NCBI GenBank assembly: GCA_030681595.1
Contig: JAUXSB010000037.1
Coordinates: 232,648-296,647 of the forward strand
From: Candidatus Omnitrophota bacterium
GTDB lineage: Bacteria > Omnitrophota > Gorgyraeia > Ghiorseimicrobiales > Ghiorseimicrobiaceae
Direction of reading: 5' to 3'
DNA length: 64,000 nt
Of this stretch, positions 1 through 8,793 are shown piece by piece. The notes beneath the pieces were generated by a model that was not told the origin of the DNA, made no database searches, and saw only the letters and a program-made list of their open reading frames with translations. The stretch's first letter is position 1, and the number at the start of each line of letters is the position of its first letter. Position numbers and translations under genes: made by a program.

Positions 1-576
1 GACCAGCAATATACTTACACCTTCTTTATTAATCTCGGCTATAGTTTCAAACAATATCTTCTCTACCAATTTCGGAGCAAGGCCAAGAGATGGTTCATCA
101 AGAAGTAATATCTTGGGTTTTGACATGAGCGCACGGGCTATTGCCAGCATCTGCTGTTCTCCGCCGGATAATGTTCCACCTTTTTGTTTTAGCCGCTGTT
201 TTAAAACCGGAAAAAGGCGAAAAACATCCTCCAATTCGGCATTTATCTCCTCTTTATTATCTCGGCTAAAGGCGCCTAACCTTAAATTCTCATCTACGGA
301 AAGCGCATGAAAAATCTTCCTGCCTTCAGGGCAGTGTGAAATCCCCATTCTGACTATTCTTTCCGCCGGATATGCCTCAATAGATTCCCCTTTAAAATTT
401 ATCGTCCCGGCTCGAGCCCGCAAAATTCCTGATATTGTCTTTAAAAGAGTGGTTTTGCCGGCGCCATTTGCGCCGATTATTGTCACTATCTCGCCCTCAT
501 CCAAAAACAAATCCACGCCTTTTAATGCTTCAATCTTACCGTAAAAAGTAGAAACGCCCCTTAATTCAAGCCTCAT
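1..576 (-). CDS. livF: Branched-chain amino acid ABC transporter ATP-binding protein LivF; 3' part runs off the window start.
   Basis: The reverse complement of 481..576 translates to MRLELRGVSTFYGKIEALKGVDLFLDEGEIVT. It is followed in frame by IIGANGAGKT (Walker A) at 451..480. The ATG at 576..574 abuts the livG stop. Confidence 0.7.
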   Translation of the reverse strand, partial: MRLELRGVSTFYGKIEALKGVDLFLDEGEIVTIIGANGAGKTTLLKTISGILRARAGTINFKGESIEAYPAERIVRMGISHCPEGRKIFHALSVDENLRLGAFSRDNKEEINAELEDVFRLFPVLKQRLKQKGGTLSGGEQQMLAIARALMSKPKILLLDEPSLGLAPKLVEKILFETIAEINKEGVSILLV

Positions 577-1331
577 GTTCTTTTTCCCAAATATGCCTCG
601 ATTACCTTTTCATTATTCCTTATCTCTTCGGGTCGCCCTTCGGCAATCGTTTCGCCGTAGTCTAAAACTATTATCCGGTCGGAAATATTCATCACTACCT
701 TCATATCATGCTCTATCAATATAACCGCGATCCCGCCTTCTCTAATTTTGCGAATTAAATCAATCATATTTTCGGTTTCTTTGTGATTCATACCCGCGGT
801 CGGCTCATCAAGAAGCAATAAAGACGGATCAAGTGCTAATGCCCTGGCTATTTCTAACTTCTTTTGTTCGCCATAGGAGAGGTTTCTGGCAAGTTCGTTT
901 TCCTTATTTTTTAAACCGATAAATCCGGATATTTCGCATGCCTCCCGCACGTCTTTTTCTTCCTCTTGTTTAAATCTTTTTGTTTTAAACAGCGCATCAG
1001 CTAATCCATAACGGGTTTTAAAGAAAAACCCGGATAAGATATTTTCCAATACCGTCATTTGCGGAAATAAACGCAGATTCTGGAATGTGCGGGCAATTCC
1101 GCGCTCGGCAATTTGATAGGATGCCAGCCCAGCGATACTTTTGCCTTTAAAGCGTATTTTGCCTTCTGTGGGCGTATAAATCCCGGAAAGAATATTAAAA
1201 AAGGTGGTTTTACCGGCGCCGTTGGGGCCAATTAACGCCAAGATCTCTTTTTCTCCCACCTCAAGAGAAACATGATCTAAAACCTTAAGCCCTTCAAAAT
1301 TTTTTGAGATATTTTCCGCGGCAAAAAACAT
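573..1331 (-). CDS. livG: Branched-chain amino acid ABC transporter ATP-binding protein LivG.
   Basis: ORF-track protein carries GPNGAGKTT (Walker A), an LSYGEQKKLEIARAL signature and a LivG-type insertion. It sits in a livKHMGF gene order. Confidence 0.9.
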   Translation of the reverse strand: MFFAAENISKNFEGLKVLDHVSLEVGEKEILALIGPNGAGKTTFFNILSGIYTPTEGKIRFKGKSIAGLASYQIAERGIARTFQNLRLFPQMTVLENILSGFFFKTRYGLADALFKTKRFKQEEEKDVREACEISGFIGLKNKENELARNLSYGEQKKLEIARALALDPSLLLLDEPTAGMNHKETENMIDLIRKIREGGIAVILIEHDMKVVMNISDRIIVLDYGETIAEGRPEEIRNNEKVIEAYLGKRT

Positions 1332-1334
1332 AGC

Positions 1335-2303
1335 TTAATCTTTTAATTCTAACGCCCTTCTTTTCTCCGGGATTATCCCCTGCGGCCTTAATATCGTCAT
1401 TATCACCATTAATAATCCGAATAGCAACATACGATAAAGCACAAATTCCCCGCCAAGGGTTATGCGCAAGAATTCAGGTAGGCCGACAAGCAAGATTACC
1501 CCAAAAATAATCCCTAAAATGTTACCCATGCCGCCCAACACAACCATGCAGACCAAAAATACTGATTCCCAGAAAGAAAATGATTCGGGGCTAACAAAAC
1601 CTATCCAGTGCGCGTATATAACTCCGGCGAGTGCTGCAAAAACGGCACTTATCGTAAAAGAAAGTAATTTTATGTAAGAAGTATTTATCCCCATGGCTTC
1701 GGCGGCAATTTCGTCTTCCCTTATGGCAACAAATGCCCTGCCTATTTTTGAGCGCTCTATTCGCCTAATCGCAAAAATAGATGCCGCCACAAAAAAGAGG
1801 ATTAAATAAAAATAGGATATCTCGGAATTTAAATGAAAACTAAATAATGTAATCGGCCGTATCGTTTCCCCTACCCGTGGAAGCCCCTTGGGGCCATTGG
1901 TTAAGGCATCCCAATTATTTAAAATAAGCCGGGTAATCTCGCCAAAACCTAAAGTTACAATCGCCAAATAATCCCCTCTTAGCCGCATCAAAGGCTTTCC
2001 TAAAAGAAAACGAAAGGCACAGGTAATTAAAATTGAGATAGGCAAAATAGCCCAAAAAGAAAAACCCTTGCTTGAAAGGAGTGCCGCGGAATAGGCACCA
2101 ATGGCATAGAACGCGATAAAACCCAAATCCAACAGGCCGGTATAACCAATAACCATATTTAAACCAAGTGCTAAAAGGACATAAATACCGGCAAGCGATA
2201 AGATATGCACGAGATAAAACTCTTGCTTTAGATGCAGTAAATATGCGGCAAGCGCGATAATAACAATAAAAAAGATTTCTAACAATTTTGCCTTTTTTAG
2301 CAT
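1335..2303 (-). CDS. livM: Branched-chain amino acid ABC transporter permease LivM.
   Basis: Polytopic membrane protein of 322 aa, positioned between livH and livG. Confidence 0.8.
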   Translation of the reverse strand: MLKKAKLLEIFFIVIIALAAYLLHLKQEFYLVHILSLAGIYVLLALGLNMVIGYTGLLDLGFIAFYAIGAYSAALLSSKGFSFWAILPISILITCAFRFLLGKPLMRLRGDYLAIVTLGFGEITRLILNNWDALTNGPKGLPRVGETIRPITLFSFHLNSEISYFYLILFFVAASIFAIRRIERSKIGRAFVAIREDEIAAEAMGINTSYIKLLSFTISAVFAALAGVIYAHWIGFVSPESFSFWESVFLVCMVVLGGMGNILGIIFGVILLVGLPEFLRITLGGEFVLYRMLLFGLLMVIMTILRPQGIIPEKRRALELKD

Positions 2304-3214
2304 TTATCCTGCGCCCTCTCTCCCAACAGGCCTGTCGGCTTAAAAATCAATACTAAAATCAGGATAATAAAGGCGAATACGTCCTTATAAGCAGAAGAAA
2401 TATACGCAGCCCCCAGGCTTTCTAAGATACCAAGCATGAATCCACCCAGCATCGCCCCCGGAATATTACCTATACCGCCTAATACTGCGGCGGTAAATGC
2501 CTTAATCCCGTAAGTAAACCCCATATTGTATTTTATGCTTCCATAATACATCCCTACTAATATCCCGGCGACGCCTCCTAAGGCGGCACCAATAAAAAAT
2601 ACCAGCGATATGATTGAGTTGGTATTTATGCCCATAAGCTTTGCGGTTTCGATATCAGAGGAGGTTGCCTTTATAGCAACGCCTAATTTGGTCCTGTTTA
2701 CAAAATACTCAAGTGCTACCATAAACAGGATAGAAATAATAATGATAAAAATCTGTATGGAGTTTATCGTAACGGCCCCTAATTGAAAATTTACTGCCGG
2801 AAAAACCGAAGGATATGGCTTTGCTTCCGGGCTCAGCGTTAACATAAACAAATTTTGTAAAAACAAAGAAACTCCTATGGCAGAAATAAGCGGCATCAGC
2901 CGGTTTGTTTTGCGTAATGGCCTATACGCCAGCCGCTCTATTGCCGCGCCTAAAATACCTGAAACACACATGGAAAGCAAAAAGACAGACGTAAGCAACA
3001 GCAATAAATTGTTTTGAAAAAATGTAAACTTTAGGAAAAAGCTAAGCAGAAAAAGCCCGAAGAAGGCGCCTGCCATCACAATCTCTGAGTGGGCAAAATT
3101 AATCATCAAGAGTACGCCGTAAACCATGGTATAACCCAAGGAAATAAGCGCGTAAATCGCGCCTAAGGTTATACCGTTTACAAGCTCAGGAAAAATTATT
3201 GCGCTGTTAGCCAT
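2297..3214 (-). CDS. livH: Branched-chain amino acid ABC transporter permease LivH.
   Basis: Polytopic membrane protein of 305 aa with a Liv-type permease pattern. It overlaps livM and livK by a few nucleotides (operon arrangement). Confidence 0.8.
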   Translation of the reverse strand: MANSAIIFPELVNGITLGAIYALISLGYTMVYGVLLMINFAHSEIVMAGAFFGLFLLSFFLKFTFFQNNLLLLLTSVFLLSMCVSGILGAAIERLAYRPLRKTNRLMPLISAIGVSLFLQNLFMLTLSPEAKPYPSVFPAVNFQLGAVTINSIQIFIIIISILFMVALEYFVNRTKLGVAIKATSSDIETAKLMGINTNSIISLVFFIGAALGGVAGILVGMYYGSIKYNMGFTYGIKAFTAAVLGGIGNIPGAMLGGFMLGILESLGAAYISSAYKDVFAFIILILVLIFKPTGLLGERAQDKC

Positions 3215-4326
3215 TTCCCGTCCTTAACAAAATAACAGCTGATTTCCTTATTTAAGGTATCGCCTTTTTCATCAAACTGTGTCGTGCCGATTACTCCATC
3301 ATAGCTAATCGCTCTAATCTGTTCAATAATCTTTGCGCGATCCATGCCAGCAGCTTTTATTGCCTCAATAATAATATTGACCGTATCATAGGTGTATGGA
3401 TCATACGGTTGCATCTCTCGATTGGGAAATCTCGCCTTATATTTTTCAATAAAATCATTTGCCTTGGGTAATTTTTCATGGGGTGTTCCAATCATCGTGG
3501 CCATATCGCCTTCTGAGGCATTAGCTGCAATCTTTATATATTCTTGGGTATATATCCCGTCTCCGCCGATTAAGGGGACGCCTAAACCGAGCTCTTTGGC
3601 TTGTCTTGAAATAAGCCCGCCTTCCTGATACATTCCGCCAAAATAAATCGCGCCAGGATTCAAGCTCTTAATCTTAATCAACAGGGCTTTAAAATCCCTG
3701 TCTCCAAGGTTTATTCCCTCAAAAGACAGTATCTTCCCACCTAACCCTTGAAAGGTTTTTTTAAACTCCTCGGCCAACCCTTGTCCGTAAGGCGTTTTAT
3801 CATGAATTATTGCCACTTGTACGATAGCACTGTTTTTACAGATAAATTTGGCGGCAAAACTTCCCTGCACATCATCGGTAGCGCAAATACGAAAAACATT
3901 CTTAAATCCCTGCAGGGTAAGCTTAGGGTTTGTGGATGCAGGAGAAATCATCATGATATTATAGCGATTATATACCAGAGAAGCAGGTATGGAACAGCCG
4001 GAATTAAGATGTCCCACCACGCCATATACCGCCTTATCGGATGCAATCTGGTAAGCAGCATTTACCGCTTCCTTTGGGTCGCCGCGGTCATCAAGCGCTA
4101 GTAATTCAAACCGTACATCATTTAATACCTTATTTTCATTTGCTTCTTCAATGGCTAAGGTGGCCGCGTTTTTCATTCCCTGCCCCATCGCCGCAATATC
4201 TCCGGTTAAAGGGCATACCAATGCGATCCTAACCAGCTTTCCTTCCCCGGCTTCCTTTTTCATTCCGCAGCCATTTAAATAAATTCCCGTAAAAATTAAT
4301 AACAGAAAACATAGGAATTTATTCAT
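3196..4326 (-). CDS. livK: Liv-type (type I periplasmic binding protein) ABC substrate-binding lipoprotein.
   Basis: Lipoprotein signal peptide MNKFLCFLLLIFTGIYLNGCG. The protein resembles Leu/Ile/Val-binding protein family members throughout. Confidence 0.8.
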   Translation of the reverse strand: MNKFLCFLLLIFTGIYLNGCGMKKEAGEGKLVRIALVCPLTGDIAAMGQGMKNAATLAIEEANENKVLNDVRFELLALDDRGDPKEAVNAAYQIASDKAVYGVVGHLNSGCSIPASLVYNRYNIMMISPASTNPKLTLQGFKNVFRICATDDVQGSFAAKFICKNSAIVQVAIIHDKTPYGQGLAEEFKKTFQGLGGKILSFEGINLGDRDFKALLIKIKSLNPGAIYFGGMYQEGGLISRQAKELGLGVPLIGGDGIYTQEYIKIAANASEGDMATMIGTPHEKLPKANDFIEKYKARFPNREMQPYDPYTYDTVNIIIEAIKAAGMDRAKIIEQIRAISYDGVIGTTQFDEKGDTLNKEISCYFVKDGKWLTAQ

Positions 4327-4352
4327 CTTTTTAACCTCCTAAAATTGATAAT

Positions 4353-5528
4353 TTATACGCGCATCTCGGCTAATACTTCTCCATCCAAGGAAAGAAGCAT
4401 GCAATTAACTTTAAGCTTATTGTGCGTTAAGTGCTTTATGGCTATTATTATATCACTTGCTATTTTTTTAAAAACTTTATTAATCCGATTTTTCTGCAAG
4501 ATATCAATCGTAGCTTCGGCAGTAGCCTGACGCAATATTTCATCAATAACTGCTTTTTTTGCTCCGCAACGTTTGGCGTATTTAGCGATTGTAGAAATGC
4601 GCTTATCGCCTTGGTCAATATGGGTGTTAAATTGGTTATTGGTAAGCTTAACCAGTTTGCCGATGTATCCTGCTAAAGTAACTTCTTTTATGTCTTTTTT
4701 TACGCATTCTTTTAGCATAAAGCCGACATGGTCGCCGATTTTAATAATAGAATCAGGCGTAAGATTTAGCTTTTCCTTACAGAATTTCTCGCCGACATAA
4801 CCTAAAACCAATGCCGGCTTTTTATACCCCTGCGCTTTTAATACGTCTAATTGAAGTGATAAAGAGGTTTTATAGCCTTGAGTAGATTTTGGCTCAACTA
4901 TGCCGGTAGTGCCGATAATAGATATGCCGCCTAATATTCCAATTTGCGGGTTAAAAGTTCTTTTTGCGATTTTTTCCCCTTCTGGAGCGCTGATAATTAC
5001 CTCTATCCCGTTTTTGAATACGGTATTTTTTATTTTTTCATTCCGCATTCCGCATTCCGCATTCCGCACTTCATCTATGATCATTTTCCGTGGTGTAGGG
5101 TTAATCGCGTATTCACCGATACCGATAGGCAGACCAGGTTTAGTAACCCTACCAATGCCTTTTCCGCCGGTTATCGCTATCCCTGGCTTTCGCGTAAAAG
5201 CTACCTTTGCATAAATTTTTATTCTATTGGTTACATCATAGGGGTCTGAACCGGAGTCTTTAATTACGCCGCATTGGGCAAAATTTCTGCCGATCTTTTG
5301 TCCGACAAGTTTTAAATTTAATCTTTTACCCGAAGGAGTCACAATATCAACACTTTTTAGCAGTTTTTGGCTGACGAGCATATACGTCGCACCTTTAGCC
5401 GCCGCTTGCGCACAGCTTCCAGTTGTATATCCTGTTTTGAGTGCGGAGTGCGGAGTGCGGAGTGCGGAGTTAAATTTTTTATCTTCTATTGGGCATTCTG
5501 CGTTTGTAATGCTTCTTTTATTTTTCAT
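4353..5528 (-). CDS. cbiD: Cobalt-precorrin-5B C1-methyltransferase CbiD. Start placed at MKNKRS (5528), giving an 11-nt overlap with cbiO; the longest ORF reaches 5606.
   Basis: CbiD hallmark GYTTGSCAQAAAKGA. The body contains two in-frame heptamer-repeat-encoded segments (PHSALRTPHSAL and NAECGMRN). Confidence 0.85.
   Translation of the reverse strand: MKNKRSITNAECPIEDKKFNSALRTPHSALKTGYTTGSCAQAAAKGATYMLVSQKLLKSVDIVTPSGKRLNLKLVGQKIGRNFAQCGVIKDSGSDPYDVTNRIKIYAKVAFTRKPGIAITGGKGIGRVTKPGLPIGIGEYAINPTPRKMIIDEVRNAECGMRNEKIKNTVFKNGIEVIISAPEGEKIAKRTFNPQIGILGGISIIGTTGIVEPKSTQGYKTSLSLQLDVLKAQGYKKPALVLGYVGEKFCKEKLNLTPDSIIKIGDHVGFMLKECVKKDIKEVTLAGYIGKLVKLTNNQFNTHIDQGDKRISTIAKYAKRCGAKKAVIDEILRQATAEATIDILQKNRINKVFKKIASDIIIAIKHLTHNKLKVNCMLLSLDGEVLAEMRV
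5040..5067. repeat. Heptanucleotide tandem repeat (ATTCCGC)x4 inside cbiD.
   Basis: Direct reading of the sequence. Confidence 0.9.
5438..5468. repeat. Heptanucleotide tandem repeat (GAGTGCG) of about 4.4 copies inside the cbiD 5' region.
   Basis: Direct reading of the sequence. Confidence 0.9.
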
Positions 5529-6384
5529 TCCGCAATCTGCATTCCGAATTCCGCATTTGTAATATTTCCTGCCTTGCTTCTCCAATTGTAAGCGGGATTT
5601 TTCCAAAACGGAGATTGTCTTCGTGTTTTAATCGGTAAATAAGTTCAGCTATCTGCGGCAGGCGTAATCGGACATCTGCCATATCATCAGGCGCGGTAAA
5701 TACCTCTTCGGGAGTTCCGCCCCTTGCGATACGTCCTTTACTTAAAATATAAAGCTTATCCAGAAATAGCGGCACAAGGTCAACGCTGTGTGTTGCCATA
5801 AGAATAGTTACGTTGTTTTCTTTATTTAATTTTGTCAAAAGGCGCATCATTTTGTACTCACCCATCGGATCTAATCCGGCGGTTGGTTCGTCTAAAAGTA
5901 ATATTTCATGCCCCATTGCCAAAAGCCCGGCAATGCATGCTCTTTTTTTCTGGCCAAAGCTTAAGTTATGGTTAGATTTATGCTCAAGTCCTGATAATTC
6001 GACTTGATGAAGGGCGTCTAATACTTTATTGTTTACTTCTTCTGCGTTAAAACCCATATTTAGCGGGCCGAAGGCAATATCTTCAAAAAGAGTAGGCGCA
6101 AAGAGCTGCTCATCCGGGTTCTGAAAAACAAGCCCGACTTTTTTATAAATCTGCCGTGGAGAAAGCTTGGCAATATTCTCGCCATCAAGGCATACACTGC
6201 CGTCAAAACTCTTTATCAGGCCGTCCATTATTTTTAAAAGTGTGGTCTTGCCGGAGCCGTTTGCACCGAGTATACCGGCAAATTCACCTTTTTTAACTTT
6301 AAGCGCTATGCTGGAAAGCGCGGCTGTTCCATCGGGATATTTAAACGAATTTATCTTTGCGGATAATCTGATTATATCTTCCAT
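5518..6384 (-). CDS. cbiO: ECF-type cobalt transporter ATPase CbiO.
   Basis: GANGSGKTT Walker A and an LSFGQKKRACIAGLLA signature. It lies downstream of cbiMNQ. Confidence 0.85.
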   Translation of the reverse strand: MEDIIRLSAKINSFKYPDGTAALSSIALKVKKGEFAGILGANGSGKTTLLKIMDGLIKSFDGSVCLDGENIAKLSPRQIYKKVGLVFQNPDEQLFAPTLFEDIAFGPLNMGFNAEEVNNKVLDALHQVELSGLEHKSNHNLSFGQKKRACIAGLLAMGHEILLLDEPTAGLDPMGEYKMMRLLTKLNKENNVTILMATHSVDLVPLFLDKLYILSKGRIARGGTPEEVFTAPDDMADVRLRLPQIAELIYRLKHEDNLRFGKIPLTIGEARQEILQMRNSECRLRNEK

Positions 6385-7127
6385 ATAAATGCCAATATAG
6401 CTATAACTAAAGCTGATAAAATAACTTCAGGTGGTTTAAACGGCTTGTGCCTTAGCATTGGGATATTGCCGTCGTAGCCTCTTTGAATCATCGAGATAGT
6501 CAAATTTTGGTTATGTTCAAACGCTTTTAACACCAAAGACCCTGAGAGTGTTCCGAAAGACGATAACCCTCGTCTGATATTTGAATAGCCAAGACGGTTT
6601 TTTTGGGCATTATAGATAACAAGTGCCTCTTCAAATAAGACAAAGATATAGCGATAGGCAAATATAAGTATTTCCGTGAAGCTTTTTGGAACCCTTAACC
6701 AAGATAGCGCGGCTATGAGTTCTGTAAAAATAGTAGAAAATCCTAAGAGCGCAACGATGGATGTCGCGGCCAAGATGCGGCAGGCGATCATTAATCCTTC
6801 TTTAAGTCCGTCAGAATAGCCGGTTATCGTAAAGCTTGCGAAATTTATCATAAACATTGCGTTTTTACCCGTAAAGAAAAACTTAAGCAGAATAAGTATG
6901 CTTGCGATAAATAAAGGCTCGGAAAATCGTAACAAAAAAACCTTTAGCGGCAGGCGCAGGCGTATACAGGTTAATATGCTGATAAGGATAACAAACGCCG
7001 GAAAAAGAATGCCCTTATAACTTAAAATCAGCCCCAGAAGAAGAATGGCAAAAACAAGTTTTACCCTTGCGTCTACCATATAAATTCTACTTTTACCTTT
7101 TTTAAAATGTTCGGTGAATGGGTGCAT
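6372..7127 (-). CDS. cbiQ: ECF transporter transmembrane (T) component CbiQ.
   Basis: Membrane protein of 251 aa, between cbiN and cbiO. Confidence 0.8.
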   Translation of the reverse strand: MHPFTEHFKKGKSRIYMVDARVKLVFAILLLGLILSYKGILFPAFVILISILTCIRLRLPLKVFLLRFSEPLFIASILILLKFFFTGKNAMFMINFASFTITGYSDGLKEGLMIACRILAATSIVALLGFSTIFTELIAALSWLRVPKSFTEILIFAYRYIFVLFEEALVIYNAQKNRLGYSNIRRGLSSFGTLSGSLVLKAFEHNQNLTISMIQRGYDGNIPMLRHKPFKPPEVILSALVIAILAFIWKI

Positions 7128-7431
7128 TATTATTTTTGGGCTTCTGCTCTATTAGCTTGCGCCAACAATAGCCTGCGGCGAATCCGCCGATGGCACCGGC
7201 AAGCAGAAAAACAAAAAGCAGTAGGTCTCCTTGGTCTGTGTTTATAAACGGCTTTCTCGCAACCCTGCCGTGTTCTTCGGCATATTTTTCCACCACAGTT
7301 TCGTCAACGCCGCTCCATTCGGCGGCATTAACAAATGAAAAATTTCCTCCGAAGGCGGATCCGCCTCTGGCGGAAAAAATTAAAAATAAAAAAATAGCTA
7401 AGAAAAATAATTTATAGTTTTGTATTTTCAT
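7102..7431 (-). CDS. cbiN: Cobalt transport protein CbiN.
   Basis: 109 aa with two transmembrane segments, positioned between cbiM and cbiQ. Its signal peptide is encoded by a repeat shared with the PEBP gene at 61856..62434. Confidence 0.8.
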   Translation of the reverse strand: MKIQNYKLFFLAIFLFLIFSARGGSAFGGNFSFVNAAEWSGVDETVVEKYAEEHGRVARKPFINTDQGDLLLFVFLLAGAIGGFAAGYCWRKLIEQKPKNNNAPIHRTF

Positions 7432-8171
7432 AGCGCCTCTCCTGATTTTATGACACCCATTTTTACCAGTAGGTCGGGCCGCTTCTTATAGAGCAGCATG
7501 ATCATTCCACTAGTCATTGCGCCTTCGACTATTCCTAGTGGCAGCTGCGTCGGTATGAAAGCAACGAGTATTTTTATAAATAAAGGCATAAACGCAGAAT
7601 CTCCCCTTATGCCTGTAGTTAGTTCAAGTGAAGTTGTTGCGTATGTCGCCCAATCTGCAAATAGCCCTGCGAAAAAAGCCGCGACTGCCATGTTTATCTT
7701 TAGCAAACGTAATACCTTAAATGTGAAGAAACCCGCAAATGAACCTACGACACCCATTGATACTACATCTGCCCCCCATGTACTCAAACCCCCATGCGCC
7801 AGAAATAACGCCTGAATCAAAAGCGCTACTGCTGCAATCAATACGCTGATAGCCGGCCCCAGGAGTATCCCCGAAATTCCGGTTCCGCAAGGATGGCTGC
7901 AGGTTCCGGCAGTCGGCACGGGTATAGGCATACAGGAGATAATGAATACAACCGCGGACATTAACCCAACAAGAGGTTTAAAGGATATGTCTATGGCTGA
8001 CACTTTCTTTAGCCGGTATAAACCGTAAGCGACAAACGGAACAGCGACAATAAACCATAATGCCGCCCAGTTAAAAGGCAATATGCCTTCAGAGATGTGC
8101 ATGGCATAGGCATCGCCAGAAAACAGAAACCAGAAAACAGAAACCAGAAAAAAACAATAAATAGTTTTCAT
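7428..8171 (-). CDS. cbiM: Cobalt ECF transporter substrate-capture component CbiM.
   Basis: A signal peptide is followed by MHISEG, the conserved metal-binding mature N-terminus of CbiM. A heptamer repeat (CAGAAAA/C x5) encodes the hydrophobic signal core. Confidence 0.85.
   Translation of the reverse strand: MKTIYCFFLVSVFWFLFSGDAYAMHISEGILPFNWAALWFIVAVPFVAYGLYRLKKVSAIDISFKPLVGLMSAVVFIISCMPIPVPTAGTCSHPCGTGISGILLGPAISVLIAAVALLIQALFLAHGGLSTWGADVVSMGVVGSFAGFFTFKVLRLLKINMAVAAFFAGLFADWATYATTSLELTTGIRGDSAFMPLFIKILVAFIPTQLPLGIVEGAMTSGMIMLLYKKRPDLLVKMGVIKSGEAL
8117..8151. repeat. Heptanucleotide tandem repeat (CAGAAAA/CAGAAAC)x5 in the cbiM signal-peptide region.
   Basis: Direct reading of the sequence. 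Confidence 0.9.
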
Positions 8172-8175
8172 AAAA

Positions 8176-8793
8176 TTATATTTTTTCTTCAGCGATTTTT
8201 AACAGCGCGTTGATAATTGCAGCAGCTACCGGGCTTCCACCCTTCCTGCCTAAGGCAGTAATAAACGGATACTTCATCCGAGATAATTCCTCTTTGGACT
8301 CAACCGCCCGGACAAATCCAACAGGCACGCCAATAACGAGGGGTACGGGGTACGGGTTACGGGATACGGGATACATAGCTAAAAGCTTAAGTACTTTAAA
8401 AAGTGCGGTGGGAGCGTTGCCGATGGCGATGATTCCAATGTTTTTATTTTTTTTTAAGGCGGCTTCTATTCCTCTCTCGGTCTTTGTTTGCGTTTTGTGC
8501 TCTGTCTTTGCGATATTACAAATTACTTTTCCTCCCCACTTACCAAGCAGTTGCTTATTTATCCCCGCCTCTACCATGCGCACATCAACAAGGATATCCA
8601 TGCCATTTTTTATTGCCGACACCCCTGCCTCCACTGCCTTAGGATGAAAGCGCAGGTTTTTGGCGAAATCAAAATCTGCTGTCGTATGGATGACCCGTTT
8701 TACAATCGGGAGTTCAATATCGCGAAATGTGGTTTTACCGAGTTCCCCGCTGATTATCTCAAAACTTCTTTTCTCTATTTCTTTTGGGTACAT
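8176..8793 (-). CDS. cbiC: Cobalt-precorrin-8 methylmutase CbiC.
   Basis: IHTTADFDFAKNLRFHP motif typical of CbiC/CobH. A GGRTACG heptamer repeat sits in frame (VSRNPYPVP). Confidence 0.85.
   Translation of the reverse strand: MYPKEIEKRSFEIISGELGKTTFRDIELPIVKRVIHTTADFDFAKNLRFHPKAVEAGVSAIKNGMDILVDVRMVEAGINKQLLGKWGGKVICNIAKTEHKTQTKTERGIEAALKKNKNIGIIAIGNAPTALFKVLKLLAMYPVSRNPYPVPLVIGVPVGFVRAVESKEELSRMKYPFITALGRKGGSPVAAAIINALLKIAEEKI
8341..8375. repeat. Heptanucleotide tandem repeat (GGGTACG/GGATACG)x5 inside cbiC.
   Basis: Direct reading of the sequence. Confidence 0.9.

Noticed and set aside
113-310. 65-aa plus-strand ORF at the window start.
   Set aside because: It lies antisense inside livF, whose reverse-strand translation gives a textbook LivF N-terminus and Walker A; shadow ORF.
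4900-5249. Plus-strand ORFs (4900..5214, 4944..5249) and others antisense to cbiD, cbiO, cbiM and cbiC (for example 7498..7815 and 8210..8647).
   Set aside because: They are antisense shadows of well-supported minus-strand genes and have no motifs.
5529-5606. Long N-terminal extensions of cbiD, with the same issue for cobQ (15339..15380), the DAHP synthase (32757..32783), lepB (28371..28499) and possibly miaA.
   Set aside because: The extensions are translated from repeats or hairpins, or overlap the upstream gene heavily. Conserved family N-termini (MHISEG, MIIVLK, the MTKAIQICGTGS P-loop region, lepA stop/ATG overlap) support the internal starts.
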